A stretch of 64,000 bases of DNA from Candidatus Dormiibacterota bacterium (GTDB taxonomy: Bacteria > Chloroflexota > Dormibacteria > Aeolococcales > Aeolococcaceae): contig CAVVVH010000004.1 of NCBI GenBank assembly GCA_963751755.1, positions 261,822-325,821 on the forward strand. Reading direction: 5' to 3'. The position numbers were made by a program, and so were the translations under genes. How positions within the stretch are numbered: the first letter of the stretch is position 1; the number at the start of each line of letters is the position of its first letter. Below the pieces are notes generated by a model, which saw nothing but the letters and a program-made list of their open reading frames with translations, did not search any database and was not told the DNA's origin. Positions 50,647 through 61,062 of this stretch are shown piece by piece.

Positions 50647-51399
50647 ATGACCGCGCTGGAACAGCCGCTGGCCGCTGCGTGGCGCGTGGAGCAGAGCGAC
50701 TGCATGCGGTTCCTGGCGTCGCTGCCCGGCCGATTCCGTCGACGTGGTCACCACCGATCCGGCCTACAGCGGCATGAACCAGCACATGTCGTTCGGGCAC
50801 GGGCGGATCGTCGGCCGGTACGGCCAGAGCGGACAACCAGCGCTGGTTCACGGAGTTCCGCGACGACCCGGCGCGTTCCTGGCCTTCCTGCAGGCGTGCC
50901 ACCGCGTGATGCGCGACGGCGGCCACATCTACGTGATGTTCGACAGCTTCTCGCTTCTCTCGCTCGGGCACCTGATGCGCGAGGTGTTCGCGGTGAAGAA
51001 CCTCATCGTCTGGGACAAGGTGAACCTCGGCATGGGCCACTACTTCCGGCGCCGCCACGAGACCATCGTCTTCGCCACCAAGGGACACCGCCGGCTCTCG
51101 CGGCGTGACCTCGCCGACGTCTGGCCGGTGAAGCGCATCCACCGCGCCGCCTACCCCACCCAGAAGCCGGTGGCGCTGTTCAGCCGCATGCTCGCCGGCA
51201 GCGCCACGCCGGGCATGACCGTGTGCGATCCCTTCGTGGGCAGCGGCTCCTCCGCGGTGGCGGCGCTGCTGGCCGGCTGCGAGGTGGCGGCTGCCGACGT
51301 CGATCCGCGGGCTGTGCGGATGACCTCGGAGCGGTGCGCGGCGGTCGTCGGCGGGGGCCCCGACCCGGGCGAGCGTGCCGCGGCCGTAGAGTCGCCGCC

Positions 51400-51403
<4 letters not shown>
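50647..51403 (+). CDS. beta-class (N4/N6) DNA methyltransferase, orphan, about 3 frame switches
   Basis: Motif IV VVTTDPAYSG lies near the N-terminus. YPTQKP and motif I CDPFVGSGSSAVAA lie near the C-terminus, which is the permuted beta order. The pieces are in ORFs 50647..51108, 50744..51403 and a third frame. The stop overlaps the ACAD start (ATGA). Confidence 0.75.
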
Positions 51404-52558
<1,155 letters not shown>

Positions 52559-52571
52559 GCGGCGTCGCCGA

Positions 52572-53100
52572 CTAGTAGCTGAACACCACCGTGATGTCGG
52601 TGCCGGCGCCCGCGGTGCTGAACGTGACGGTCCCGCTCTGCGTTGGAGCGAACCACCGCAGGCTCACCGTCCAGATGTCGGGGTTGGTGGCCTGCGTCGG
52701 GTCGTGCGTGTCGGTGCTCCAGCCGTTGGAGTGCAGGGCCTGCTCGTAGTAGGTCTCGACGTCCTGGAGCGAGTGCGGGTCGGCGATGACGAGCGTCTCG
52801 GTGGTCTGGTTGCCTGACGAGTCCCAGTTGTCCGACCTGGTCGTCGCCCCCGCCTCGGTGGGGAACTGGCGCAGCGGGCTGCTGGTGAAGATGCGCAGGA
52901 AGACGAAGACGATGATGGCGATGGCGATCACCGTGAGCGCGGCGCAACCGCCGCAGCCCCAGAACCACCACTTTCGCCGTCGAGACGGGTGGCGGCGGCA
53001 CCCAGGCGGCTGGCTGCTGCGGGTACCCGTAGGGCTGCGGCGCCCCGTACGGGGTCGGCGGTGCAGCCGGAGGCGCAGACGGCGGTGGTGGCGGCTGCAT
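52572..53100 (-). CDS. Pro-rich N-terminus / single-TM protein with an extracytoplasmic domain, one frame switch
   Basis: MQPPPPPSAPPAAPPTPYGAPQPYGYPQQP is in ORF 52546..53100. The TM segment CAALTVIAIAIIVFVFL and a 110-aa domain are in ORF 52572..53675. Confidence 0.5.
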
Positions 53101-53140
53101 GCCGCGCGAGTGTACGCGCCGACAAAACTAGAATCCGGCA

Positions 53141-54016
53141 ATGCCACGCGCGCAGGTCGGGGACCTCGAGCTCGAGTACGAGACCTTCGGCGACCCGGCC
53201 GCAACGCCGCTCCTGCTGGTGATGGGCCTCGCGTACCAGATGATCGAGTGGGACGAGCGCGTGTGCCGGCTGATCGCCGACCGCGGTTTCTGGGTGATCC
53301 GCTTCGACAACCGCGACGTCGGGCTGTCGTCGAAGATGGACCATCTCGGCCAGGCCGACCTGCTCGCCGCTCTCGCCGGCAACCCCACGCCGCTGTACAC
53401 CCTCGACGACATGGCCGAGGACGCCGTCGGCCTGCTCGACGCCCTCGGGGTTGCGCGGCGCACGTCGTCGGCGTCTCGATGGGCGGGATGATCGCGCAGC
53501 TTCTCGCCATCCACCACCCCGACCGCGTGCTCAGCCTCACCTCGATCATGTCGACGGTGGGAGGACCGGCGGTCGTGCAGGCAGAGGAGGCCGTGCTGCT
53601 CGCGCTGATCACCCCGCCGGGGCCCACTCGCGAGGAGCGCATCGAGCACTCGGTGGCTCTGCGCCGGCTCATCAACGGCGCCGGTCTGCCCTTCGACGAG
53701 GACGACGCGCGCCGTCGGGCGACCCGGGCAATCGATCGCAGCTACCACCCCGACGGAGCGCTGCGCCAGCTGATGGCCATCGTCACCGCGCCCGACCGCG
53801 CTCCCCAGCTGCGCGAGCTGCGCATGCCGACGCTGGTCATCCACGGCGAGCAGGACCCACTCGTGCCGCCGGACAACGGCCGTCAGACCGCGGCCGCGCT
53901 GCCGGGTGCGCGCCTGATGATGATCCCGGCGCATGGGCCACCACCTTCCCGAGCGCGTATGGCCGCAGGTGCTGGACGCCATCCTGGAGGTCACCGGGAA
54001 GGCGGCTGTCGCCTAG
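53141..54016 (+). CDS. alpha/beta hydrolase, 2 frame switches
   Basis: N-terminus in ORF 53141..53491. The nucleophile elbow GVSMGG is in ORF 52786..54318. The C-terminal MIPGMGHHLPE (catalytic His) is in a third frame ending at TAG 54014-54016. Confidence 0.75.
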
Positions 54017-54528
54017 CCAGGGCCACGGAGAACGTCGGGACCGCTCTCCTCGAACACCTGGTTGAAGGCGATGTTGACGCCGAGGAACACCAGCAGCGAG
54101 AGCACGAACGCCTCCACCTGCAACCCGGAGACCGATGCTCCGAGGCGCTGTGCGACGTCGGGGACGAGGGCCACCGCGATGATGACGGCATAGATGAGCG
54201 CGGTGAGCGCGCTGGTGGCCCACGCCAGGCGGGATGCTCCAGTGATCCCGCCGCGATACGTCGCCAGCCACAGGCCGATGACCGTGGCCAGCCCAACGGC
54301 CGCGATGACTCCGAATGAGATTCGCCATGCGGGCTGGCTCCCCGGGTCGACCAGCGACAGGAGGCTCATCAGGCCCGGGAATGCGAACCCGAGCGAGACG
54401 GAGTACGCGCGCCGCCGATGAACGAGGCTGTGACGCCAGTCTTCGTGGCGGGTCTGGACCACGACCAGCCAGAGGCCGAGCAGCGTGAAACAGATGGGTG
54501 CGAAGCTCGCGTAGAAGGTGGTGATCAT
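54013..54528 (-). CDS. integral membrane protein of unknown function
   Basis: 171-aa intact ORF with five to six hydrophobic segments and no recognised family. Confidence 0.5.
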   Translation of the reverse strand: MITTFYASFAPICFTLLGLWLVVVQTRHEDWRHSLVHRRRAYSVSLGFAFPGLMSLLSLVDPGSQPAWRISFGVIAAVGLATVIGLWLATYRGGITGASRLAWATSALTALIYAVIIAVALVPDVAQRLGASVSGLQVEAFVLSLLVFLGVNIAFNQVFEESGPDVLRGPG

Positions 54529-54564
54529 CCGTGTCCCCCGACGCTGCCGGACGGCAGGCGAAGC

Positions 54565-55270
54565 TTACGGAACGGGCGGCGCCATCTTCGAGCCGGCACC
54601 GTAGCCAACCGGCTCTCCTCCCGCGTTGAGGATCCAGGCCTTGCCACGCCCGAGCACCGTCCAGGCGTCTGGACGACCCACGATCGCGGTGTCCTCGTCG
54701 ACGCCGATCAGGCGCACACCGGGCGGCGTTCTCTCGATCGCGCGCTGCACCGCGCCTGGCATCCACTGCTCGATGACGTCGAAGTGCGGGAGGACGCGCA
54801 TGCCGGTCACGAGTCCCAGGCCGCGGACGGCGTCGCTGCGCCGGCGGATGTCTGGCACCTCCTCCATGAGCGCGATCGCACCGGCCGAGCAGCCGGCCAC
54901 AGACGCACCCGACCGCCAGCTCGCGACGATCGCCGCGCCGACGCGGCTGCCCACGAGCGTGGTCGCCAGGTAGGTGGGATCCCCACCCGACAGGTAGATG
55001 AGGCCCGAGTCCTCCACCACGGCGGCCAGCTGTGCGCTGTCGGCGGTGGCTCGGTCGAGAACCATCAACGGCGTGGCGTCCACTCCGAGCCGCGAGTAGT
55101 GCGACTTGCCGAGGTCCACCCAGTAGCTGATGCGCTCAGGGCCCTCCAAGGCGGCGGCTGTCGGCAGGAACACGACGCGCGCCGGGACTCCGTCGAGGAG
55201 GGCGACGATCGACGCCCTCGGTCGCCGCGGTGAACTCGCCGCTCCCGACGAGGCCGATACGTCCGCTCAT
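54565..55270 (-). CDS. peptidase S51 / type 1 glutamine amidotransferase-like protein, one frame switch
   Basis: The start MSGRIGLVGSGEF is in ORF 55136..55690 and the rest is in ORF 54565..55173, with IYLSGGDP and a GCSAGA nucleophile motif. The start overlaps the methyltransferase stop (ATGA). Confidence 0.65.
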
Positions 55271-56186
55271 CGGACGCGTGTGTGCGTGATCACAGTGCCT
55301 CGCTGCGAGCACCACCACGGGACGCCATGTCGAGGAACCGCGACCTCGCGGCCCAGACGCTGTCGCATGATCGCCACCGCGTCGGCGCTCGAAGTCGCAG
55401 AGGAGGAACCGCCGTCCCTGCTCCGCGGCAGCGACGCCCGTGGTGCCGCTGCCGGCGCACCAATCGACGACGAGGTCGTCGGCGCGCGACGATGCGGCGA
55501 CGATGCGGCGCAGCACGCCGAGTGGCTTCTGCGTGGGGTAGCCGGTGCGCTCGCGCGAGTTGGTGGGCACGATGGTGTGCCACCACACGTCGGTCGGCGT
55601 CTTGCCGCGCGCGGCACGCTCGGCTGTCTGCAGCGACGGTGCCATGTAGGGGACGCGATCGACCGCGGCTGAGGTCGAAGTGATGGGCACCGGCGGTGCG
55701 CGCGTACACCAGGATGACGTCGTGCTTGGCAGGCCATCGCGTGGTGCTGCGCGCGCCGTAGTCGTACGCCCAGATCACCTCGTTGAGGAAGCATTCCCGA
55801 CCGAAGATCTCGTCGAGCAGCACCTTGCAGTAGTGCGACTCGCGCGGGTCGACGTGCAGGTACAGCGTGCCGTGGCCCGCCAGCACCCGCCGCGACTCCT
55901 CGAGGCGTGGCCGCAGCCAGCCGAGGTAGTCGTCGAAGCTGTCGGCGAAACCGGCGACGTCGGTGCGGCTGCTGCGGTACCTGACGGCGCCGAAACCGCG
56001 CCGCTCGCCGCCCTCGTCGCGCACGGTCTTCAACCTGAACCCGCTGCGATGCACGCCGGTGTTGAACGGCGGGTCGGCGTACACGAGGCCGGCACACCCG
56101 TCGGGAAGCTCGCGAAGCAGCGCCAGCGCCTCACCATGGACAATCAGCCCGGCTCCCGCCGTCGCGGGCAATGCAACCGCTGGCAC
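55267..56186 (-). CDS. beta-class (N4/N6) DNA methyltransferase, orphan, 2 frame switches
   Basis: Motif IV LVYADPPFNTG is in ORF 55290..56264. YPTQKP and motif I VVDWCAGSGTTGVAA are in ORF 55136..55690. The tail is in ORF 55267..56097. The start was taken as GTG 56186. Confidence 0.75.
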
Positions 56187-56208
56187 GGATGCAGCGTACA
56201 GGAGGGTG

Positions 56209-56757
56209 ATGATCGACGTTCGCCGGCTCGGTGCCGCCACTGTCCTCGACCCGGACGGCACCACGGTGCGCCTCGGCAGCCTGTGGGCCGACCGCCCCGC
56301 AGTGCTGGTGTGGCTGCGTCACTTCGGCTGCCTCTTCTGCAAGGAGCAGACCGCGGAGTTCCGTGCGAGGCGGGACGACATCGAGGGACGCGGCGCGCGC
56401 CTGGCGTTCATCGGGAATGGCGGTGTTCGCTACGCCGGCGGCTTCCGCGAGGAGTTCTGCCCCGAATGCACGGTGCTGACCGACCCCGAGCTGGTCAGCT
56501 ACAGGCTGATCGGCGCGCGCGGCGGCGTGCTCAACACCCTCGGTCCGCAGGCCTGGGGGGCCGGCATCCGCGCCTTCGCGCGCGGCGCGCGCCAGCAACG
56601 AACCCAGGGGTCGCCCTTCCAACAGGGTGGTGTCCTGGTGGTGACTCCCGGGGGCAAGGTCGCGTATGCCTACCTCAGCAAGGCTGCCGGCGACCATCCG
56701 GCCGTCGATGAGGTCGCCGCCGCCATCCCCGCCGCGAGGGCTGCAGCCACGCGCTGA
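56209..56757 (+). CDS. peroxiredoxin-like (AhpC/TSA family) protein
   Basis: Track ORF 55963..56757 trimmed to ATG 56209, which follows AGGAGGG. Thioredoxin-fold with a FGCLFCKEQ redox motif. Confidence 0.7.
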   Translation: MIDVRRLGAATVLDPDGTTVRLGSLWADRPAVLVWLRHFGCLFCKEQTAEFRARRDDIEGRGARLAFIGNGGVRYAGGFREEFCPECTVLTDPELVSYRLIGARGGVLNTLGPQAWGAGIRAFARGARQQRTQGSPFQQGGVLVVTPGGKVAYAYLSKAAGDHPAVDEVAAAIPAARAAATR

Positions 56758-56823
56758 CCGGTGCTTTCGCCGGTACATCGGGTCTAGGCTGAGATGACGC
56801 GTTCATCTCACGGAGGCACGACA

Positions 56824-57000
56824 ATGGGTGGAGAGGCTGACAAGGTGGCAGGCCGCGTCAAGGAAGCAGCCGGCGACCTCACCGACGACGCCGAGCTCAA
56901 GAGCGAAGGCCAGACCCAGCAGGCTGCTGGTGACGTGAAGAACGTCGGCGAGAAGATCAAGGACAAGGCCGACGAGCTGGGCGACAAGATCAAGGAGTAG
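56824..57000 (+). CDS. CsbD family stress-response protein
   Basis: Track ORF 56794..57000 trimmed to ATG 56824, which lies 8 nt after GGAGG. The KVAGRVKEAAGDLTDDAELKSEGQ pattern is the CsbD signature. Confidence 0.8.
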   Translation: MGGEADKVAGRVKEAAGDLTDDAELKSEGQTQQAAGDVKNVGEKIKDKADELGDKIKE

Positions 57001-57015
57001 GCCCGACTGTCCCTC

Positions 57016-57183
57016 GTCCCACGTCAAGGCGGGGAGGGGACGTCAGGGCTTCGTTCGCAACCTCGGCGGTCGCATCGGGAGCCCCTGGGCTGCGCCCAGT
57101 GGGTCTCCCTCGCTGCTCGGCCATGCTCTCTTCGCCCTGACGACCCCTCCCCTCGCTGGGGCTCCTGTCAGTTGCGGCTGGTG
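57016..57183 (+). repeat. family-2 palindromic intergenic element, full copy
   Basis: The arms 57031-57049 and 57134-57152 pair at 18/19 positions. The core matches 47034-47120 with compensatory changes. It is followed by the box GGCTCCTGTCAGTTGCGGCTGGTG (57160-57183). Confidence 0.8.
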
Positions 57184-57265
57184 ACGTCTCCTGTTGCTCG
57201 GCACATGCTTCACTTCGCCGCGCCGTCCCCTCTCCTCTTGTGGCTCCTGTCAGTTGCGGCTGGTG
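57184..57265 (+). repeat. family-2 element, 3' half-copy in tandem
   Basis: GTCTCCTGTTGCTCGGCACATGCTTCACTTC plus the arm GCCGCGCCGTCCCCTCTCC, plus a second exact copy of the 24-nt box (57242-57265). No matching left arm is present. Confidence 0.7.
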
Positions 57266-57275
57266 TGCGTCTTGA

Positions 57276-57996
57276 GTGGCGGCCTATCCTCCGGCGGTGG
57301 CTGGCGTGAGCGTTCGGCGGGTGGATTTCGGGTACTTCATCCGGCCTGCTGAGGAGACCGGTACCGGCTCGCCTCGTGTCGAGCCCTGCCTTGGTTATGT
57401 CGTGGTTCACCCCGATGGCGTGCTCCTGTTCGACACCGGCATGGGCAGCCATCCGGATGTCGACGCTCACTACCGGCCGCGTCGCCGGCCACTGGCTGCG
57501 GCGCTGGCCCGCTCAGGGTTCTCCACGAGCGACGTGACCATGGTGGCCAACTGTCATCTGCACTTCGACCACTGCGGCGGCAACCCGCAGCTCGCCGGTC
57601 GCCCGGTGTTCACCCAGGCGGTCGAGCTGGCCGCGGCCCGGCAGGTCCAGGACTACACGCTCGCCGAGCTCATCGACAGACCGGGGTTGCGCTACGAGGA
57701 GCTGTCGGGTGAGGCGGAGATCCTTCCTGGGGTGCTGGTGCTGCCCACGCCCTGGTCACACTGACGGACACCAGTCGCTGGTGGTGCGGCTCGAGGACGG
57801 CGCCGTGGTCGTGCTCGCGGGGCAGAGCCACGACACGGCCACCGCCTACAGCGCGGATGTGCTCGCCAGGCAGGCGCGCATCGAGGGCGTTCCCGAGCCG
57901 CTTGCCGCCGTTCTCCGGAGTGGATCGACCGGCTGCAGACAGATGGATCCCGCAACCGTGGTCTTCGCCCACGACCACGCGGTGTGGCAGCCATAG
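57276..57996 (+). CDS. MBL-fold metallo-hydrolase (N-acyl-homoserine-lactonase-like), 1-2 frame switches
   Basis: The HxHxDH motif CHLHFDHCGG is in ORF 57276..57764. It continues TPGHTDGHQSLVV...FAHD in ORF 57709..57996. Confidence 0.75.
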
Positions 57997-58061
57997 GCGA
58001 GGGCGGCCGATGGCGGCGGCTGGCTACAGTGCGGCTGTCGGAGCGGAACGGAGGATGAGCG

Positions 58062-58566
58062 GTGCAATTCGGGCGGTACTTCGAGGAGTTCGAGGTCGGC
58101 GCTACCTACAAGCACTGGCCCGGCAAGACCATCACCGAGTTCGACGACCACATGTTCTGCCTGCTCACCATGAACCACCACCCGCTGCACCTCGACGCCC
58201 ACTACGCGCGAGACGCAGACGCAGTTCGGGCGCAACGTGGTGGTCGGCAACCTCGTGTACAGCCTCGCGCTGGGGATGAGCGTCGCCGACATCAGCGGCA
58301 AGGCGATCGCCAACCTCGAGGTGGAGTCGCTCAAGCACGAGAACCCCACCTTCCACGGCGACACCATCTACGCGGAGACGACGGTGCTGGACAAGCGCGA
58401 GTCGTCGAGCAAGCCGGACCGCGGCATCGTGAGCGTCGAGACACGCGCCTTCAACCAGCGCGGTGAGCGCGTGTGCATCTTCAAGCGCAGCGTGATGGTG
58501 CCCAAGCGCTCGGCCGTGGGCGACCTGCAACCGGCCGACCTGGCGCCCGGCGACAGCAGCGCGTGA
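58062..58566 (+). CDS. MaoC-like (R)-specific enoyl-CoA hydratase/dehydratase, one frame switch
   Basis: N-terminus in ORF 58062..58466 (FDDHMFCLLTMNHHPLHLD). The hot-dog C-terminal part is in ORF 58237..58566. The frames join near 58210. Confidence 0.75.
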
Positions 58567-59803
58567 TCGACGCCGCGGCGGCGGCGCGCTACAACGTCCG
58601 CCCGCTCCTGCCGGGCCCGGAGGAAGCGCTGCGCGACGCGGTGCTGCGGCTCGGTCTGCCCGCCGAGCGGCTCACCGCGCTGGCCACGCACGGGGCCGTC
58701 GAGGCGCTCGCGGTGCAGGGGCTCACCAGCGACCAGACGCGCGTCCTCGAGCGCATCCTGCAGGCGCGCGGCGGCGTGGTGCTCAGCGACGCCGACGGCC
58801 GCAGCGCTCTCCTGCTGGCGCCGCTCATGGCGATGGGCGAGCTGCCCGCCGCGCTGGCGGAGTGGAGCGAGAGCGCGGAGACCCTCGGGCTGGCCATCGG
58901 CGAGGTGCTGATGGCGCGCGGCGCCGCCGCCAGCGCCGCTGCGCGCGGGCGACCACGTCCTCGACTTCGGCGCGCGCACGCTCGTCATGGGCATCCTCAA
59001 CGTCACCCCGGACTCCTTCGCCGGCGACGCGCTGCACGGCGACGTACCGCGCCGTGGTCGAGCGCGCGCGACAGTTCGTCGCGGACGGCGCCGACGTGCT
59101 CGACATCGGCGGTGAGAGCACGCGTCCCAACGCGCAGCCCGTCGATGCGCGCGAGGAGATGGCCCGGGTGCTGCCCGCGCTGCGCGCGGTCACCGCCGCG
59201 GTCGACGTGCCGGTGAGCATCGACACGCCGCAAGGCGGAGGTCGCGGCCGCGGCGATCGCCGAAGGCGCGGTCATCGTCAACGACATCTGGGGCCTGCGC
59301 GGTGACCCGGCGATGGTGGACGTCCTGGCCGACAACCCGCACGTCGCGCTCGTCGCCATGCACAACCAGCGCGGCACTGCCTACGGCGACCTCATGCAGG
59401 ACATCAGCGCCTCCCTGCGCGAAGTCGGTGCGCATCGCGCAGGAGCACGGGCGTGGGCGCCGAGCGGATCGTCGTCGACCCCGGCTTCGGATTCGGCAAG
59501 ACCGCCGCGCAGAACCTCGAGCTGATGCGCCGGCTGCGCGAGCTGCGCGGGCTCGGCCGCCCCGTCCTGGTGGGACCGTCGCGCAAGTCGACCATCGGCG
59601 CCATCCTCGGCGGGCTGCCACCGCCGCGAGCGCGTCGAGGGGACGCTGGCGCTGCTGACGCTCGCGGTCGCAGGCCGGCGCCAGCATGGTGCGCGTGCAC
59701 GACGTCGCCGCGGCGGTGCGCGCGGTGCAAGGTGGCCGACGCGGTGGTGCGCGGCACCCCGCCGGAGATCGCCGCGCTGCCGGCGCCGGGTCCGACGGGG
59801 TGA
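58563..59803 (+). CDS. folP: dihydropteroate synthase preceded by (or fused to) an uncharacterised ~120-aa N-terminal region, many frame switches
   Basis: GTG 58563 overlaps the MaoC stop. The DHPS core has LVMGILNVTPDSFAGD, GADVLDIGGESTRP, VSIDT, NDIWG, DPGFGFGKT and VGPSRKS, spread over three frames. ATG 58920 is a possible separate folP start. Confidence 0.75.
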
Positions 59804-60204
59804 CCACGGACGTCGCCTGGGTGGCGCTGGGCAGCAACCTCGGCAACCGCGGTCACGCGCTCGCCGCGCTGCGCGAGCACCTGGCCGCGACGGCGTGGTC
59901 ATCGAGGCGGCATCGAGCGAGATCCTCACCCGCCCCATCGGGGTCACCGGCCAGGGGGACTTCCACAACCAGCTGCTGCGCCTGCGCGCGCCGGAGGCCG
60001 TGGTCGCCGCAGCGCTGGCTCGAGCACACGCGCGCAGCCGAGCTCGCCGCCGGGCGGCGCGACACGTACCACTGGGGCCCGCGCCGCGCCGACGTCGACA
60101 TCATCCTGCTCGGCGAGAACGGCGAACTCGAGGTGAACGAGCCAGGCCTGGTGGTGCCGCACCCGGAGATCGGCCAACCGCCCCTTCATCGGGCAGGCTG
60201 CTGA
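59800..60204 (+). CDS. folK: 2-amino-4-hydroxy-6-hydroxymethyldihydropteridine diphosphokinase, 2-3 frame switches, 3' end uncertain
   Basis: GTG 59800 overlaps the folP stop (GTGA). AWVALGSNLGNRGHALAAL, GDFHNQLLRL, WGPRRADVDIILLGE and VVPHPEI are HPPK motifs. The frame after 60170 is ambiguous and may run into the repeat element. Confidence 0.75.
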   Translation: MTTDVAWVALGSNLGNRGHALAALREHLAATAWSSRRHRARSSPAPSGSPARGTSTTSCCACARRRPWSPQRWLEHTRAAELAAGRRDTYHWGPRRADVDIILLGENGELEVNEPGLVVPHPEIGQPPLHRAGC

Positions 60205-60244
60205 AGGAGCTGGGCCGTCTGAAGACTTCTTCAGCGGCCACGCG

Positions 60245-60390
60245 GAGGGACGTCGGCGGGGTACATCTCCGTGGAGCGCGAGTTCTGCAGGCGCCCGAGG
60301 CCGCGGCGGACGCGAATAGCGTTCGGCGCGGCCGCCAATGGCGCTGAAGCTTGTCTGAGCGGCTGGGAGATGTCCCTCCGCCGACCTCCC
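60245..60390 (+). repeat. family-1 palindromic intergenic element, archetype copy
   Basis: The arms 60245-60270 and 60366-60390 are imperfectly complementary. The 95-nt core is nearly identical to the reverse complement of 37005-37097. It lies between convergent genes. Confidence 0.85.
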
Positions 60391-60402
60391 GTCCTTCTCG
60401 GA

Positions 60403-61062
60403 CTAGATCGGCAGCCGGTCCGCCAGCGTCGGCACCAGCCGGAGCGCCGTCTGGACCTGCCGCGCGATCAGCCCGAGGTCGGGCGGCCGCTCGAAGTCGA
60501 TGAGCCAGGAGTGCTCGGCGGTGAACTTCTCGACCAGCGTGGTCTTGCCGAGCGCGGCGAGCCCGATGTGCACCGAGGGGCGGTCGTCGTCGGGGAAGGC
60601 CTTGCCGATCAGCGTCTGCACGGTGTCGACCCAGGTGCCCACCTCGCCGACGTCCTGGAGCTCGTAGCCGCCGTCGCCGAGCACGAACTCGGCCTCGACC
60701 TCGACGAAGGGCTGGGGGGCGAGGTGCTGGTGCGGGCAGTCCTGGGCGTCCTCCTCGTCGTGGTACAGCTCGCAGTCGGCGCCGCTGCCGTAGCTGGCGA
60801 CGTAGGTCATCAGCGCATCCCACGCGAAGTTGACGTGCACGTGGTAGCGCGATGGTGGCTCCGACGGCGAGAGCCGCACCGTGCACTCGAAACGGCGCTC
60901 GCCGATGCCGGGCTCGACGTGGTGGCGCACGTCCTCGATGCTCAGCCCGCTGCCATCGATGGCCTCGAGGAGGTCAGAGGCGAACTCCTCGTACGAGGGG
61001 AAGGGAGGCCGGGCCTGGGGAGAATCGCTCGGCGGCAGACCTTCAGCCGGTCGCTGCGACAC
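60403..61062 (-). CDS. hypothetical protein (acidic, no recognised domain)
   Basis: 219-aa intact ORF. The GTG start directly abuts the upstream stop, so it is the last gene of an RR / small-TM / hypothetical operon. Confidence 0.5.
   Translation of the reverse strand: MSQRPAEGLPPSDSPQARPPFPSYEEFASDLLEAIDGSGLSIEDVRHHVEPGIGERRFECTVRLSPSEPPSRYHVHVNFAWDALMTYVASYGSGADCELYHDEEDAQDCPHQHLAPQPFVEVEAEFVLGDGGYELQDVGEVGTWVDTVQTLIGKAFPDDDRPSVHIGLAALGKTTLVEKFTAEHSWLIDFERPPDLGLIARQVQTALRLVPTLADRLPI

Noticed and set aside
60245-60390. Family-1/2 elements as known self-cleaving ribozymes, riboswitches or integron attC sites
   Set aside because: I could not find hammerhead (CUGANGA...GAAA) or other ribozyme cores I know. 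The elements lie at 3' ends of genes rather than in 5' leaders. The termini do not match the attC RYYYAAC/GTTRRRY boxes, and no integrase is present. They remain unclassified rather than assigned.
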